64,000 nt of DNA from Heptranchias perlo (Eukaryota): contig NC_090356.1 of NCBI RefSeq assembly GCF_035084215.1, forward strand, positions 682,001 through 746,000, written 5' to 3'. The stretch's first letter is position 1. Every line of letters starts with the position of its first letter. Position numbers and translations under genes: made by a program. Under the pieces are notes generated by a model that did not search any database, was not told where the DNA came from, and saw nothing but the letters and a program-made list of their open reading frames with translations. Below are positions 1 to 12,600 of the stretch, one piece after another.

Positions 1-1560
1 CATCCCAGAGGACTAAAAGAGGTAGCCATGGAAATAGTGGATGCATTGGTTGACATCTTCCAAAATTCTATAGATTATGGAACAGTTCCTGCAGGTTGGA
101 GGGTGGCAAATGTAACCCCACTATTTAAAAAAGGAGGGAGAGAGAAAACAGGAAACTACAGGCCGGTTAGCCTAACATTAGTAGCAGGGAAAATGCTAGA
201 GTATATTTTAAAGGATGTGATAACAGGACACTTAGAAAATGTCAACGGGATTAGACAAAGTCAACATGGATTTATGAAAGGGAAATCGTATTTGACAAAC
301 CAAATGGAGTTTTTTGAGGATGTAACTGGTAGAATAGATAAGAGAGAACCAGTGGATGTGGTGTATTTGGATTTTCAGAAGGCCTTTGATAAAGTCCCAC
401 ATAAAGAGGTTAGTGTGCAAAATTAAAGCACATGGGATTGGGGGGAATATACTGGCATGGATTGAAAATTAGTTAACAGACAGGAAACAGAGAGTAGGAA
501 TAAATGGGTCTTTTTCGGGGTTGCAGGCAGTGACTAGTGGGGTACCGCAGGGATCAGTGCTTGGGCCCCAGTTATTCACAATATATATCAATGATTTGGA
601 TAAGGAAACCAAATGTAATATTTCTAAGTATGCTGACAACACAAAACTAGGTGGGATTGTGAGTTGTGAGGAGGATGCAAAGAGGCTTCAAGGCGATTTA
701 GACAAGTTGAGTGAGTGGGCAAATACATGGCAGATGCAGTATAATGTGGATAAATGTGAAGTTATCCACTTCGGGAGGAAAAACAGAAAGGCAGAGTATT
801 ATTTAAATGGTGATAGATTGGGAAATGTCGATGTACAAAGGGACCTGGGTGTCCTTGTACACCAGTCACTGAAAGCAAACGTGCAGGTGCAGCAAGCAGT
901 TAGGAAGACAAATGGTATGTTGGCCTTCATTGCAAGAGGATTTGAGTACAGGAGCAAGGATGTCCTACTGCAGTCATACGGGGCCTTGGTGAGACCACAC
1001 CTGGAGTATTGTGTGCAGTTTTGGTCTCCTTACCTAAGAAAGGATATACTTGCCATAGAGGGAGTGCAGCGAAGGTTCACCAGACTGATTCCTTGGATGG
1101 CAGGACTGTCGTATGAGGAGAGATTGGGTCGACTCGACCTGTATTCACTCGAGTTTAGAAGAATGAGAGGGGATCTCATTGAGACGTATAAAATTCTGAC
1201 AGGGCTGGACAGACTGGATGCAGGGGGGATGTTTCCCCTGGCTGGGGCGTCCAGAATGAGGGGGGTCACAGTTTCAGGATACGGGGTAAGACATTTAGGA
1301 CTGAGATGAGGAGAAATTTCTTCACTCAGAAGGTGGTGAACCTGTGGAATTCTCCACCACAGAAGGCTGTGGAGGCCAACTCACTGAATATATTTAAAAA
1401 GGAGATAGATAGATTTCTGGACACAAAAGGCATCGAGTATGGGGAGAGAGCGGGAATATGATATTGAGATAGAGTATCAGCCATCATCATATTGAATAGC
1501 GGAGCAGGCTCTATGGGGTGAATGGCCTACTCCTGCTTTTGTTTTCTATGTTCCTATTTT
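1..1560 (+). mobile_element. CR1 LINE 3' portion, decayed
   Basis: RT fragments at 28-426 and 521-1309, then a 3' UTR ending in a ttctatgtt-type tail. Confidence 0.9.
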
Positions 1561-1563
1561 CTA

Positions 1564-1737
1564 TGTGTACAATATGCACACAGGACCATCACCGGCAATG
1601 GGAGTCTGTGTACAATATATACACAGGACCATCACCGGCAATGGGAGTCTGTGTACAATATATACACAGGACCATCACCGGCAATGGGAGTCTGTGTACA
1701 ATATATACACAGGATCAGCACCGGTAATGAGAGTCTG
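1564..1737. repeat. 43-bp minisatellite, about 4 copies
   Basis: Unit tgtgtacaatatatacacaggaccatcaccggcaatgggagtc starting at 1564, 1607, 1650 and 1693. Confidence 0.9.
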
Positions 1738-1944
1738 TAACCAGATCCAACCATGAGTGAGAAGCATGGGCCTGCATCACAAATCTTATTTGAACTCATA
1801 TCAGTGACCACAGGAACCACTTAATGTGTATGCTCGGTGCCTATTTTCTCTCTCTTCACACGGGGCTTTTCTCTCACTAGTTTCCTCCAACCCAAATGAT
1901 CACATCTCCATTACGTGGAAGTCTATTTCCAAGCCCACCCTCAC

Positions 1945-4900
1945 CTGTTGGATGATCTTTCCATCGTCAATGTTATACCGAGTGATGACAACATGAGAGC
2001 CGGCAACCATTCCCACCAGGGACACCGTGCCACCTCCACCAGAGTACAGGAGTTCGTATCGGACACTCTCACTGTGAGGGAAAGAGAGAGAGAGAGAGAT
2101 ACTTTGCAAACTCACACAATCAAATGGACAGAGCGCTCTCACTATCCCTAAACATGCAGACAATCAATTTTATTGTAAGATGTACTGTTACTGCATGACT
2201 AACACCGTTCACAATCCTGCAATTCCCACATAGTAAGTGCCCGGTTTCAGCACTGCAGGCACCAAGTGGACTTAGTGACATACCCAAGGAGTAGGAAGGC
2301 AGTGGGCACCTGTCACACGCTCCTCACACCAGTACAGGCAGCAGCTGCCCTTACCCTCGAGCGCAGATTCAAGGGCAGCCAAACAAAGCAGAGAAACTAG
2401 GGCACAAACGATAAAATAAAACCATTTATACAGGCTCAGGTCAAATCTGCGTCAGATTACAGGTGCACACGCTGGGAGACACTTCACCTGTAAAGTGCGA
2501 AGTTTGCAGGCACTGCAGCCAGATCTTCAATCACAGCCTGAGTTTTAATCAAAGTAAATGTAAATTGCTGGGAAATGCCAACATCACGAGCACGGGAGCT
2601 CAGCACTCCAGTCAGTCAGAATATCAGTGATGTGAAATAGCGAGGCAGTCACCATGGGCCTCTACGGGGCTCCGTCATTGAACAGTTCTCTCCAAGATCT
2701 ACTGTTTATTATCCTAAGCCTGTTTACATCAACTGTAAAATAGCCAACCATCATGTCACAGGTCAGTTCACAAACAACCCCCATACCTTTCTGGTAAAGC
2801 TTCAATCCATTTCTGATGTCCATTTGAGAGATAATGGAGCGAAATGGATGCTTTCTTCACAATGGTAATGTGCTTGACTCCTTCTGCAGATCCAACTAGG
2901 CAACCAGTCTGAAAACTGAAATAACTTTTTAATTAGACAAGCAGTAATATTCACACCTATAATCCTTCTCTGGAAAAAACAACCAAACCTTTTAATAAGA
3001 TTCAGGCCATAACTCACCCCCGGGTATCTGATATAGAATCATAGGAAATTTACGGCACAGGAAACCACCATTCGGCCCATCATGTCCATGCCAGCCGAAA
3101 ATGAGCCACCCAGCCTAATCCCACTTTCCAGCACTTGCTCCATAGCCTTCCAGGTACTTTTTAAATGAGTTGAGGGTTTCTGCCTCTACTGCCCTTTCAG
3201 GCAGTGAGTTCCAAACCCCACCACCCTCTGGGTGAAAACATTTTTCCTCAGCTCCCCTCTAATCCTTCTACCAATCACTTTAAATCTCTGTCCCCTGGTT
3301 ACTGACCTCTCTGACAAGGAAAATAGGTCCTTCCTGTCCACTCTATCTAGGCCCCTCACAATTTTGTACACCTCAATTAAGCTACCTCTCAGCCTCCTCT
3401 GTTCCAAAGAAAACAACCCCAGCCTATTCAATCTTTCCCCGTAGCTAAAATTCTCCAGTCCCGGGCTATATCCTCGTAAATCTTTTCTGTACCCTCTCTC
3501 GTGCAATTACTTCTTTCCTGTATTATATAAACTTCTACATATAAAACCCCCGAACCCCTCGATTAGATTCCAGCCTGTAACACACTCCCGTGTATCTGTT
3601 ATTCTATATATAAACCCCCCTGAACCCCTCGATTAGATTCCAGCCTGTAACACACTCCCGGGTATCTTAATTTTTTCAAATGAATACAGTTTTACTTTGA
3701 CATAATGGCTCCATTCAGTTTGGAGTCTGCCATCGTGCTTACTGCAGCCATCAATAATCCCCATCCTCGGTGCCAAATGACATTGACATGGCAGAATTAA
3801 TGACCCTAATGTTTTTCCTGCATGAGAATTTTTGGATGAGAATTTAGGAGGCATGGTTAGTAAGTTTGCAGATGACACCAAGATTGGTGGCATTGTGGAC
3901 AGTGAAGAAGGTTATCTAGGATTGCAACGGGATCTTGATAAATTGGGCCAGTGGGCCGATGAATGGCAGATGGAGTTTAATTTAGATAAATGTGAGGTGA
4001 TGCATTTTGGTAGATCGAATCGGGCCAGGACCTACTCCGTTAATGGTAGGGCGTTGGGGAGAGTTATAGAACAAAGAGATCTAGGAGTACAGATTCATAG
4101 CTCCTTGAAAGTGGAGTCACAGGTGGATAGGGTGGTGAAGAAGGCATTCAGCATGCTTGGTTTCATTGGTCAGAACATTGAATGCAGGAGTTGGGATGTC
4201 TTGTTGAAGTTGTACAGGGCATTGGTGAGGCCACACTTGGAGTACTGTGTACAGTTCTGGTCACCCTATTATAGAAAGGATATTATTAAACTAGAAAGAG
4301 TGCAGAAAAGATTTACTAGGATGCTACCGGGACTTGATGGTTTGACTTACAGGGAGAGGTTAGACAGACTGGGACTTTTTTCCCTGGAGAGTAGGAGGTT
4401 AAGGGGTGATCTTATAGAAGTCTATAAAATAATGAGGGGCATAGATAAGGTCGATAGTCAAAATCTTTTCCCAAAGGTAGGGGAGTCTATAACGAGGGGG
4501 CACAGATTTAAGGTGAGAGGGGAGAGATACAAAAGGATCCAGAGGGGCAATTTTTTCACTCAAAGGGTGGTGAGTGTCTGGAACGAGCTGCCAGAGGCAG
4601 TAGTCGAGGCGGGTACAATTTTGTCTTTTAAAAAGCATTTGGACAGTTACATGGGGAAGATGGGTATCGAGGGATATGGGCCAAGTGCAGGCAATTGGGA
4701 CTAGCTTAGTGGTATAAACTGGGCGACATGGACATGTTGGGCCGAAGGGCCTGTTTCCATGTTGTAACTTCTATGATTCTATGATTCTATGATTCTATTT
4801 ATTGTCAAGGAATAATCAGTGCTTATCGGGAAAATCACTGGCCAGAATCCTCCAAAATAATCTGCTGGCATCATATTATTGGAGTTAAGTAAGTATTTTT

Positions 4901-7900
4901 TCACTTTTCTCCTCTCCACTACAGAACATAGTGACTCGGTGCTAAAGGGTCCTTTTTCTGTCCAATTGACCATCTGCATCCATGAGCTCGACAGTGTCAG
5001 CAGACTATTTTACCAGGGAGACATCATTGCCAAGCCTGATACAGTCCTCGCCCAATGTCCACACACAAGCTTTCCAGCATGGAAGCAGAAGCAGACCTGA
5101 CTCACCATCCTCTCCCTCATCCTGAGACATGCTACTGCCATCTAAGCTGAGATCAGCTAACTCTGCACAGACTAGGGACAGAACCTCGAATCTGCCAGCT
5201 CTGTACTGGATAAACTCAATGAGCCAGCGGGGCAGTTTATGTTAAATCAGTGTCTACGGATGATTTGTCCAATCTCCGTACTTCAGCAGTATTCAATATT
5301 CACCCTTTTAATATTAGAATCATAGAATGATACAGCACAGAGGAGGGCATTCGGCCCATCCTGCCTGTACCAGCTCTTTGGTCGAGCTATCCAATTAGTC
5401 CCACTTCCCTGCTCTTTCCCCACAGCCCTATAAATTTTTTCCCTTCATGTATTTATCGAATTCCCTTTGAAAGTTACTATTGAATCTGCTTCCACCACCC
5501 TTTCAGGCAGTGAATTCCAAATCATAACAACTCGCATCTGGTTCTTTTGCCAATCACCTTAAATTTGTGGCCCTTCTGCCAGTGGAAACAGTTTCTCCCT
5601 ATCTACTCTTATCAAAACCGTTCATGGTTTTGAACACTTCTATTGAATCTCCCCATAACCTTCTCCACTCTAAGGAGAACAACCCCAGCTTCTCCAGTCT
5701 CTCCACATAACTGAAGTCCCTCATCCCTGGTGCCATTCTAGTAAATCTCTTCTGCATCCTCTCTAACACCTTCACATCCTTCCTAAAGTGTGGTGCCCAG
5801 AATTGAACACAATACTCCAGCTGAGACCTAACCAGCGTTTTATAAAGGTCTAGCAAAACTTCCTTGCTTTTGTACTTTATGCTTCTATTAATAAAGCCCA
5901 GGATCCCATATGCTTTTTTAACAGTCTTCTCAAGATTTGTGTACATACACCCCTGGGTACCCCCTTTAAAATTGTACCATTTAGTTTATGTTTCCTCTCC
6001 TCATTCTTCCTGCCAAAATGCATCACTTCACACTTCTCTGCATTAAATTTCATCTGCCATGTGTCTGCCCATTTCACCAGTCTGTCTGTGCCCTCCTGAA
6101 ATCTGTTACTATCCTTCTCATTGTTTACTATATTTCTGAGTTTCATGTCATCTGCAAACTTTGAAATTATACCCTCTATACCCAAGTCCAGGTCATTAAT
6201 ATATCTCAAAAAGAGCAGCGGTCGTAATATCAACCTCTGGGGAACACCACTGTATACTTCCCTCCAGTCTGAAAAACAACCGTTCACCACTACTCTCTGC
6301 TTTCTGTCCCTTAACCAATTTTGTATCCATGCTGCCCCTGTCCCTTTAATCCCATGGGCTTTAATTTTGCTAACAAGTTTATTATGTGGTAATTTATCAA
6401 ATGCATTTTGATAGTCTATGTACACAACATCAACTGCACTACCCTCATCAACCCTCTCCGTTACTTCATCAAAGAACTCAATCAAGTTAGTCAAACACAA
6501 TTTACCTTTAACAAATCCGAGCTAACTTTCATTTATTAGCCCATATTTTTCCAAGTGCCAATTAATTTTGTCCGGATTATTATCGCCATAAGTTTCCCCA
6601 CCACCAACGTTAGGTTGACTGGCCTGTAATTGCCGGGTTTATTCCTCTCCCTTTTTTTGAACAGGGGTGAGGAATGTTTACAATGTTTAGAACAGTAGCA
6701 CTTTCCAGGAATCCATCGCACATTAAATTAATATAAACTTTTATAACTGAAGTGATCAGAATAACATTGAATATGTGAGAAACAATCTGATCTGAAGAGT
6801 GGAGATGAGGAGCTGCAGGAGAGGCTCTCACTGAGATTCTGCTCCTGTAATCACTCCCTCCCACCCACCCTCAGGTGTCAGTGCTGTAAGACACACGTGG
6901 TTCTCACCTGCCAGTCTCAAGCGGGAACTCCCAATTCAAACCACCAATGTTCGTATCCCATGAACGCAGCATGCGTCCTCCTCCTGACACAGTCAACGCA
7001 TCTGTGAAAAAGAAGTCACTAAATCCACTTGAACCCACAAAAGCCATGTCCAAGTATAATTAACATCACACTTATCATATCACATATCATAATGCTGCAA
7101 AGAAGTCAATGAATCGTTGCCCCTCAAAGAGTAATCATATTCTTTTGCTACTTTTAAACCTAACTTTATTTCCTCTACTACTTTTTGCATTTCCCGCCCC
7201 TCAATCCTCCTCAGTCCTGAGATCAACAGATTCAAATTAATCACATCATTGCAGATAGGATCGATCCTGCATGAGATTGAAAGTTCAGCACACTGGGAAT
7301 GTCACAACTGTGCTGCTCTGTAATCCATTTCCATGGATATGGATGAATTAACAGGTTCAGGATTATTATGCCGGGGAAAGTGCAGTGAGTTGATCATAGG
7401 GTTTACATATAGGATGTAACAATAATCTCTCAATACAAGCAAGGATCGTCTGCAGAAGGAAACTGCAGAGTCACTTAGAGATTTCACTACAGCCTGGAGA
7501 AAGCCGGATGCACAGCACAACTTGAATGGAGCCCACTCACCCTGTCCATAGAATAACATCAGATCCACATTCCCCTCAGGACCTTCTTTATCCACCTGAC
7601 GCCAAACTGCAAATCAAGACAAAAACAACACTGCTGGAATAAGTGAATGTTTGTATTCTAGCAGAGCGGAATTAATTACGGCAATGTCAACTCTACAACA
7701 CTCACAGATCTCCCCATTCCTCGAGTTGAGAGAAGCGATCACATTATTCTCAGTTGCAACCACAAATTTCTTTGCGGTCTGTGCAGGTGCATCAAAAAAT
7801 GCGAACCGTGGTTTCCCAACATATTGGCACCTCCTTAAAAAATTAAAACAGAAGCAATGTAATGTGCAGAGTGCAAGCGAAATACCATTCAAGTACTACA

Positions 7901-9254
7901 GAAAATGCCAATAGAAATATGGGCAACAGCATTTATTCAATGGAAAACTCCTTAAATTTGCTTCCGAAATATTCAATAGCAAACTGCACTGACCATTAAC
8001 AAAATATAAGACAGAAGAGTTAATGATGCTTAAGTCCATGTTGCTTATTTTTCCTTCCAATGTGCAGTACTTTACACTAGCTGGACGGAATTACATTTCA
8101 TCTGCCATTAATCTTTCCCCCTCACGGATTTTCTCCATCTCATTCTGTACTTTCTGAGCCACCTCCTCCAATTCTGCCGAGCCTCCTAGTTTAACATCAT
8201 CTTCAAATTTGACTACTTTGCATTTGGTTACCGAGCCTGTCATTGGTGCAAATTAAAAACAGTAGAGGTCCCAACACCAATCCGTGGAGACCCCACTCAG
8301 TACCCCCCTCCCCCCTGCAATATAAGTGCATAGAAATTACAACACAAAGGCCATTCCAGTCCACACAAGCAATCATTACTCATCGTTTTCTACCCTTCTT
8401 ATCCATTCCTAGGGTTTGCCCTAAATCCTGATAGAATCATAGAGCACAGAAGGAGTCAGCCCATCGTGCCTGTGCCGGCTCTTTGAAAGAGCTATCCAAT
8501 TAGTCCCACTCCCCTGCTCTTTCCCCATAGCCCTGTAAATTTCTCCTTTTCAAATATTTATCCAATTCCTTTTGAAAGTTACTATTGAATCTGCTTCCAC
8601 CGCCCTTTCAGGAAGTGAATTCCGGATCACAACAACTCCCTGTAAAAAAAATTTCTCATCGCCCCTTTGGTTCTTTTGCCAATCACCTTAAATCTTCGTC
8701 CTCTGGTTACCGACCTTCCCGCCAGTGGAAACAGTTTCTCCATATTTACTCTCCAGATCGCTCTGTTCCTGAACCCCCTTTAAAATTACACATTTAGTCT
8801 TTATCGCCTCTCCTCATTCGTCCTTCCAAAATGCTTCCAGTTTAACTCGTAACCTTTTGTGTGGAACTTTGTCGAATCCCAATTCGTTATCAGAGTTTTC
8901 AAAGAATTCGCAGCGGGCACCGGTCCCTCCCCAGCCCGGTTTTGGATTAGGAGAGAGGCGGCACCTACACTCTGCCTGTTCCCCGGCTGTAGCTCCGAGG
9001 AGAAGACAAACCTGCCGCACCAGACGGGGGACGGGGGCCTCGGGCCCTCCGCCAGCCAATCTCCAGGGAAAACAGCAAGCGGCGGCCCCCGAGCGGCTGC
9101 CCCGACCCTTCTTACTCAGAAGTCCACCGGCCCAGGAACGACGGCACCTCCTCTCAGGGACTCACCAGTCGAACTTCCCGACTTGATCCTCATAAATCGC
9201 CGCTGAAAACTCAAAAAGAGCGAAAAGGAGCCAAAACCCAGAGAGAACCATCAT
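1945..9254 (-). CDS. EMC1: ER membrane protein complex subunit 1, coding exons 1-6 (3' part lies outside the window)
   Basis: GT-AG exons in consistent phase: 9254-9166 ([30 protein letters not shown], signal peptide plus the EMC1 [10 protein letters not shown] motif), 7833-7706 ([10 protein letters not shown]...[19 protein letters not shown]), 7606-7541 ([14 protein letters not shown]), 7001-6908 ([25 protein letters not shown]), 2915-2787 and 2071-1945. Identity comes from recalled vertebrate EMC1 sequence and its known head-to-head position with MRTO4. Confidence 0.95.
3035..3520 (-). mobile_element. CR1 3' fragment
   Basis: ORF 3186-3506 ([18 protein letters not shown]...FTQRVV) plus the CR1 tail. 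Confidence 0.85.
3540..3667. repeat. about 70-bp tandem duplication, 2 copies
   Basis: ataaacccc..gaacccctcgattagattccagcctgtaacacactcccg.gtatct occurs twice. Confidence 0.75.
3832..4797 (+). mobile_element. young CR1 3' fragment
   Basis: Open RT C-terminus of 290 aa and a (CTATGATT)n tail; nearly identical to 29137-30095. Confidence 0.92.
4880..5230 (-). mobile_element. tRNA-derived SINE, degenerate
   Basis: Related segments (e.g. gttagctgatctcagct, gtgaggacagg) recur at about 28090-28190, 30390-30600, 46850-47060 and 58300-58490. Confidence 0.45.
5316..6665 (-). mobile_element. CR1 LINE fragment
   Basis: RT ORF pieces at 5599-5946, 5877-6500 and 6536-6721, with the tail at about 5316. 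Confidence 0.9.
8030..8880 (-). mobile_element. old CR1 fragments
   Basis: Degenerate RT (FDKVPHKRL) and a 3' tail at about 8430. Confidence 0.65.
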
Positions 9255-9673
9255 CACGACCAAGTCCTCCAGAGTGAAGAGAGCCGGCTCCTCCAAGATC
9301 CCAGAGTGCACCGAGAGCCGGCTCCTCCAAGATCCCAGAGTGCACCGAGAGCCGGCTCCTCCAAGATCCCAGAGTGCACCGACAGCCGGCTCCTCCAAGA
9401 TCCCAGAGTGCACCGAGAGCCGGCTCCTCCAACATCCCAGAGTGCACCGAGAGCCGGCTCCTCCAACATCCCAGAGTGCACCGAGAGCCGGCTCCTCCAA
9501 CATCCCAGAGTGCACCGAGAGCCGGCTCCTCCAAGATCCCCGTGCGGTCGGACGCTGTGCCTTAACGCTGGTTTTGCCTTTTGGAAATATTCAGGCGCAG
9601 TGAAGACGCCTTTAACCCCAGCACACCCTCCTGCAAGTGGAGTGAGCCGCAGCGTGGAGCCGGGCCCGCAGCA
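9255..9673. promoter_or_regulatory. bidirectional EMC1/MRTO4 promoter region (CpG island)
   Basis: The divergent start codons are only 420 bp apart, within CpG-rich DNA at about 8900-10400. Confidence 0.8.
9279..9540. repeat. 34-bp VNTR, about 7.7 copies, upstream of the EMC1 start
   Basis: Unit gagagccggctcctccaa(g/c)atcccagagtgcacc; the same motif starts at 9281, 9315 and 9349. Confidence 0.95.
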
Positions 9674-12600
9674 ATGCCCCGCTCCCGGAGAGACAAGCGG
9701 GGTGAGGGCCCTGACCCGGGGGGAGGCGGCGGGGTGAGGGCCCTGACCCGGGGGGAGGCGGCGGGGTGAGGGCCCTGACCCGGGGGGAGGCGGCGGGGTG
9801 AGGGCCCTGACCCGGGGGGAGGCGGCGGGGTGCGGGCCCTGACCCGGGGGGAGGCGGCGGGGTGCGGGCCCTGACCCGGGGGGAGGCGGCGGGGTGCGGG
9901 CCCTGACCCGGGGGGAGGCGGCGGGGTGCGGGCCCTGACCCGGGGGGAGGCGGCGGGGTGCGGGCCCTGACCCGGGGGGAGGCGGCGGGGTGCGGGCCCT
10001 GACCCGGGGGGAGGCGGCGGAGTGCGGGCCCTGACCCGGGGGGAGGCGGCGCTCCCGGAGAGCCAGGCGGGGGGTTGGGGAGCGTCCCTCCGCTCTACAG
10101 GCCGTTTACCGCGGACCAGCGGCCCTGGTGCTGCCGCTTGACCGTGCCGGCTCCGTGGTCCCAGGTCCCCAAGTGAGAGGCCCGCCCGCTGGTGCTGCCG
10201 CCCGGACCGGGGGTGGGTGAGGGGCAGAGTCGGAGCAAAGGATCGTCAGTTGATTCTCGCCACCGGCCGGTCGCCTGAGTTGGAGCCGCAAAAACTGGGC
10301 CTAAAACCGGGGTCTAAATTATAATTTCCCACCGAAGTTTTGCTGCTTTGAACACGGAGCCGGTTTGTCGGTTCCGGCCTCATTCCATCAATTCACCGTC
10401 TCTCATTTCATTTTCTTCAGTTTCTTTGACTAAAACAACGAAGAAAGGATTAGAAGTGAAACAGAATCTGATCCAGGAGGTGAGTCAAAAATCCCGTTCA
10501 CTGTCCCGGTAAAAGGACCCGAGCCCGGGGGGGGCTCTTCCCCCAACCCCTCCCCCCGGTGGCCTCTTTGCGCCCCCCCCCCCCCCCCCCGGTGGCCTCT
10601 TTGCGCCCCCCCCCCCCCCGGTGGCCTCTTTTCGCCCCCCCCCCCCCCCCGGTGGCCTCTCTGCGCCCCCCCCCCCCGGTGGCCTCTTTGCGCCCCCCCC
10701 CCCCCCGGTGGCCTCTTTGCGCCCCCCCCCCCCCCCCCCCGGTGGCCTCTTTGCGCCCCCCCCCCCCGGTGGCCTCTTTGCGCCCCCCCCCCCCCCGGTG
10801 GCCTCTTTGCGCCCCCCCCCCCCCCCCGGTGGCCTCTTTGCGCCCCCCCCCCCCCCCCCCGGTGGCCTCTTTGCGCCCCCCCCCCCCCCCCCCCCGGTGG
10901 CCTCTTTGCGCCCCCCCCCCCCCGGTGGCCTCTTTGCGCCCCCCCCCCCCCCCCGGTGGCCTCTTTGCGCCCCCCCCCCCCCCCCCCCGGTGGCCTCTTT
11001 GCGCCCCCCCCCCCCCGGTGGCCTCTTTGCGCCCCCCCCCCCCCGGTGGCCTCTTTGCGCCCCCCCCCCCCCCGGTGGCCTCTTTGCGCCCCCCCCCCCC
11101 CCCCGGTGGCCTCTTTGCGCCCCCCCCCCCCCCCCCGGTGGCCTCTTTGCGCCCCCCCCCCCCCCCCGGTGGCCTCTTTGCGCCCCCCCCCCCCCCCCCC
11201 GGTGGCCTCTTTGCGCCCCCCCCCCCCCCCCCCCCGGTGGCCTCTTTGACCAAGTTTTTGGTCACCTGTCCGAATATCATCATCTTTGGCTCAGTGTCAA
11301 TTTTTGACGGTTGACGCTCCCGTGAAGTGACTTTGGTCGTTTTGCAATGTTGTTGGTGTAAAAGATTAATTATTCCTTCAGCATTGAGACTAATTAAGTA
11401 TCTGGTGAAAAGTTGGCCAAAGTGTGCTGACAGTTTGTTTTAACCCGTTACTGATGTTTATCAACATTTTTTTTAAGTTACGAAAATGTGTGGACATCTA
11501 CAAGTATCTGTTTGTCTTTTCTATTGAGAACATGAGGAACAACAAACTTAAGGACATGAGGAGTGCCTGGAAACATAGCCGGTGAGTCACTGGAGGATAA
11601 ACCTCCTTCTCCAGACGCCAACTGCAATAAGGTGGGACCCCAGTCCCGGCCATTGAGCGTTAGTGTCACGTCTGTTATGCAGAAGGAGGAACTCGGCCCC
11701 TCGAGCCTGTTCTGCAATTCAATTAGATCATGGCTGATCTGTATCTTAGGAATATAGGAACAGGAGTAGGCCATTCAGCCCCTCGTGCCTGCTCCGCCAT
11801 TTGATAAGACCATGGCTGATCTGTGATCGAACACCATATACCTGCCTTTGGCCCATATCCCTTAATGCCTTTGGTTGCCAAAAAGCTATCCATCTCATAT
11901 TTAAATTTAGCAATTGAGCTAGTATCAATTGCCGTTTGCGGAAGAAAGTTCCATACTTCAACCACCCTTCGTGTGTAGAGATGTTTTCTAACCTAATTCC
12001 TGAAAGAACTGGCTCTAATTTTTAGACTGCCCCCTACTCCTAGAATCCCCAACCAGCAGAAATAGTATCTCTCTATCCACCTTATCTGTTCCCCTTAATA
12101 TCTTAAACTTCGATCCGATCACCCCTTAAACTTCGAAACTCTAGAAAATATAACCCCAATTTGTGTAATCTCTCCTCATAACTTAACCCTTGAAGTCCGG
12201 GTATCATTCTAGTAAACCGACGCTGCACTCCCTCCAAGGCCAACATGTCCTTCCGAAGGTGCGGTGCCCAGAACTGCTCTCAGTACTCCAGGTGCGGTCT
12301 AACCAGGGTTTTGTACACCTGCAGCATAACTTCTGCCCCCTTGTACTCTAGTCCTCTGGATATAAAGGCCAACATTCCATGAGCCTTCTTGATTATTTTC
12401 TGCATCTGTTCATGACACTTCAATGATCGATGTACCTGAACTCCTAAGTCCCTTTGGACATCCACTGTTTTTAAATTTTTGCCATTTAGAAAGTACCCTG
12501 TTCTATCCTTTTTTGATCCAAAGTGGATGACCTCACATTTGTCTACATTGAATTCCATTTGCCACAGTTTTGCCCATTCACCTAATCTATCAATATCCCT

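Noticed and set aside
10498-11314. Long Gly/Pro-rich ORFs (228-261 aa)
   Set aside because: These are translations of a stop-free intronic VNTR that is open in several frames on both strands.
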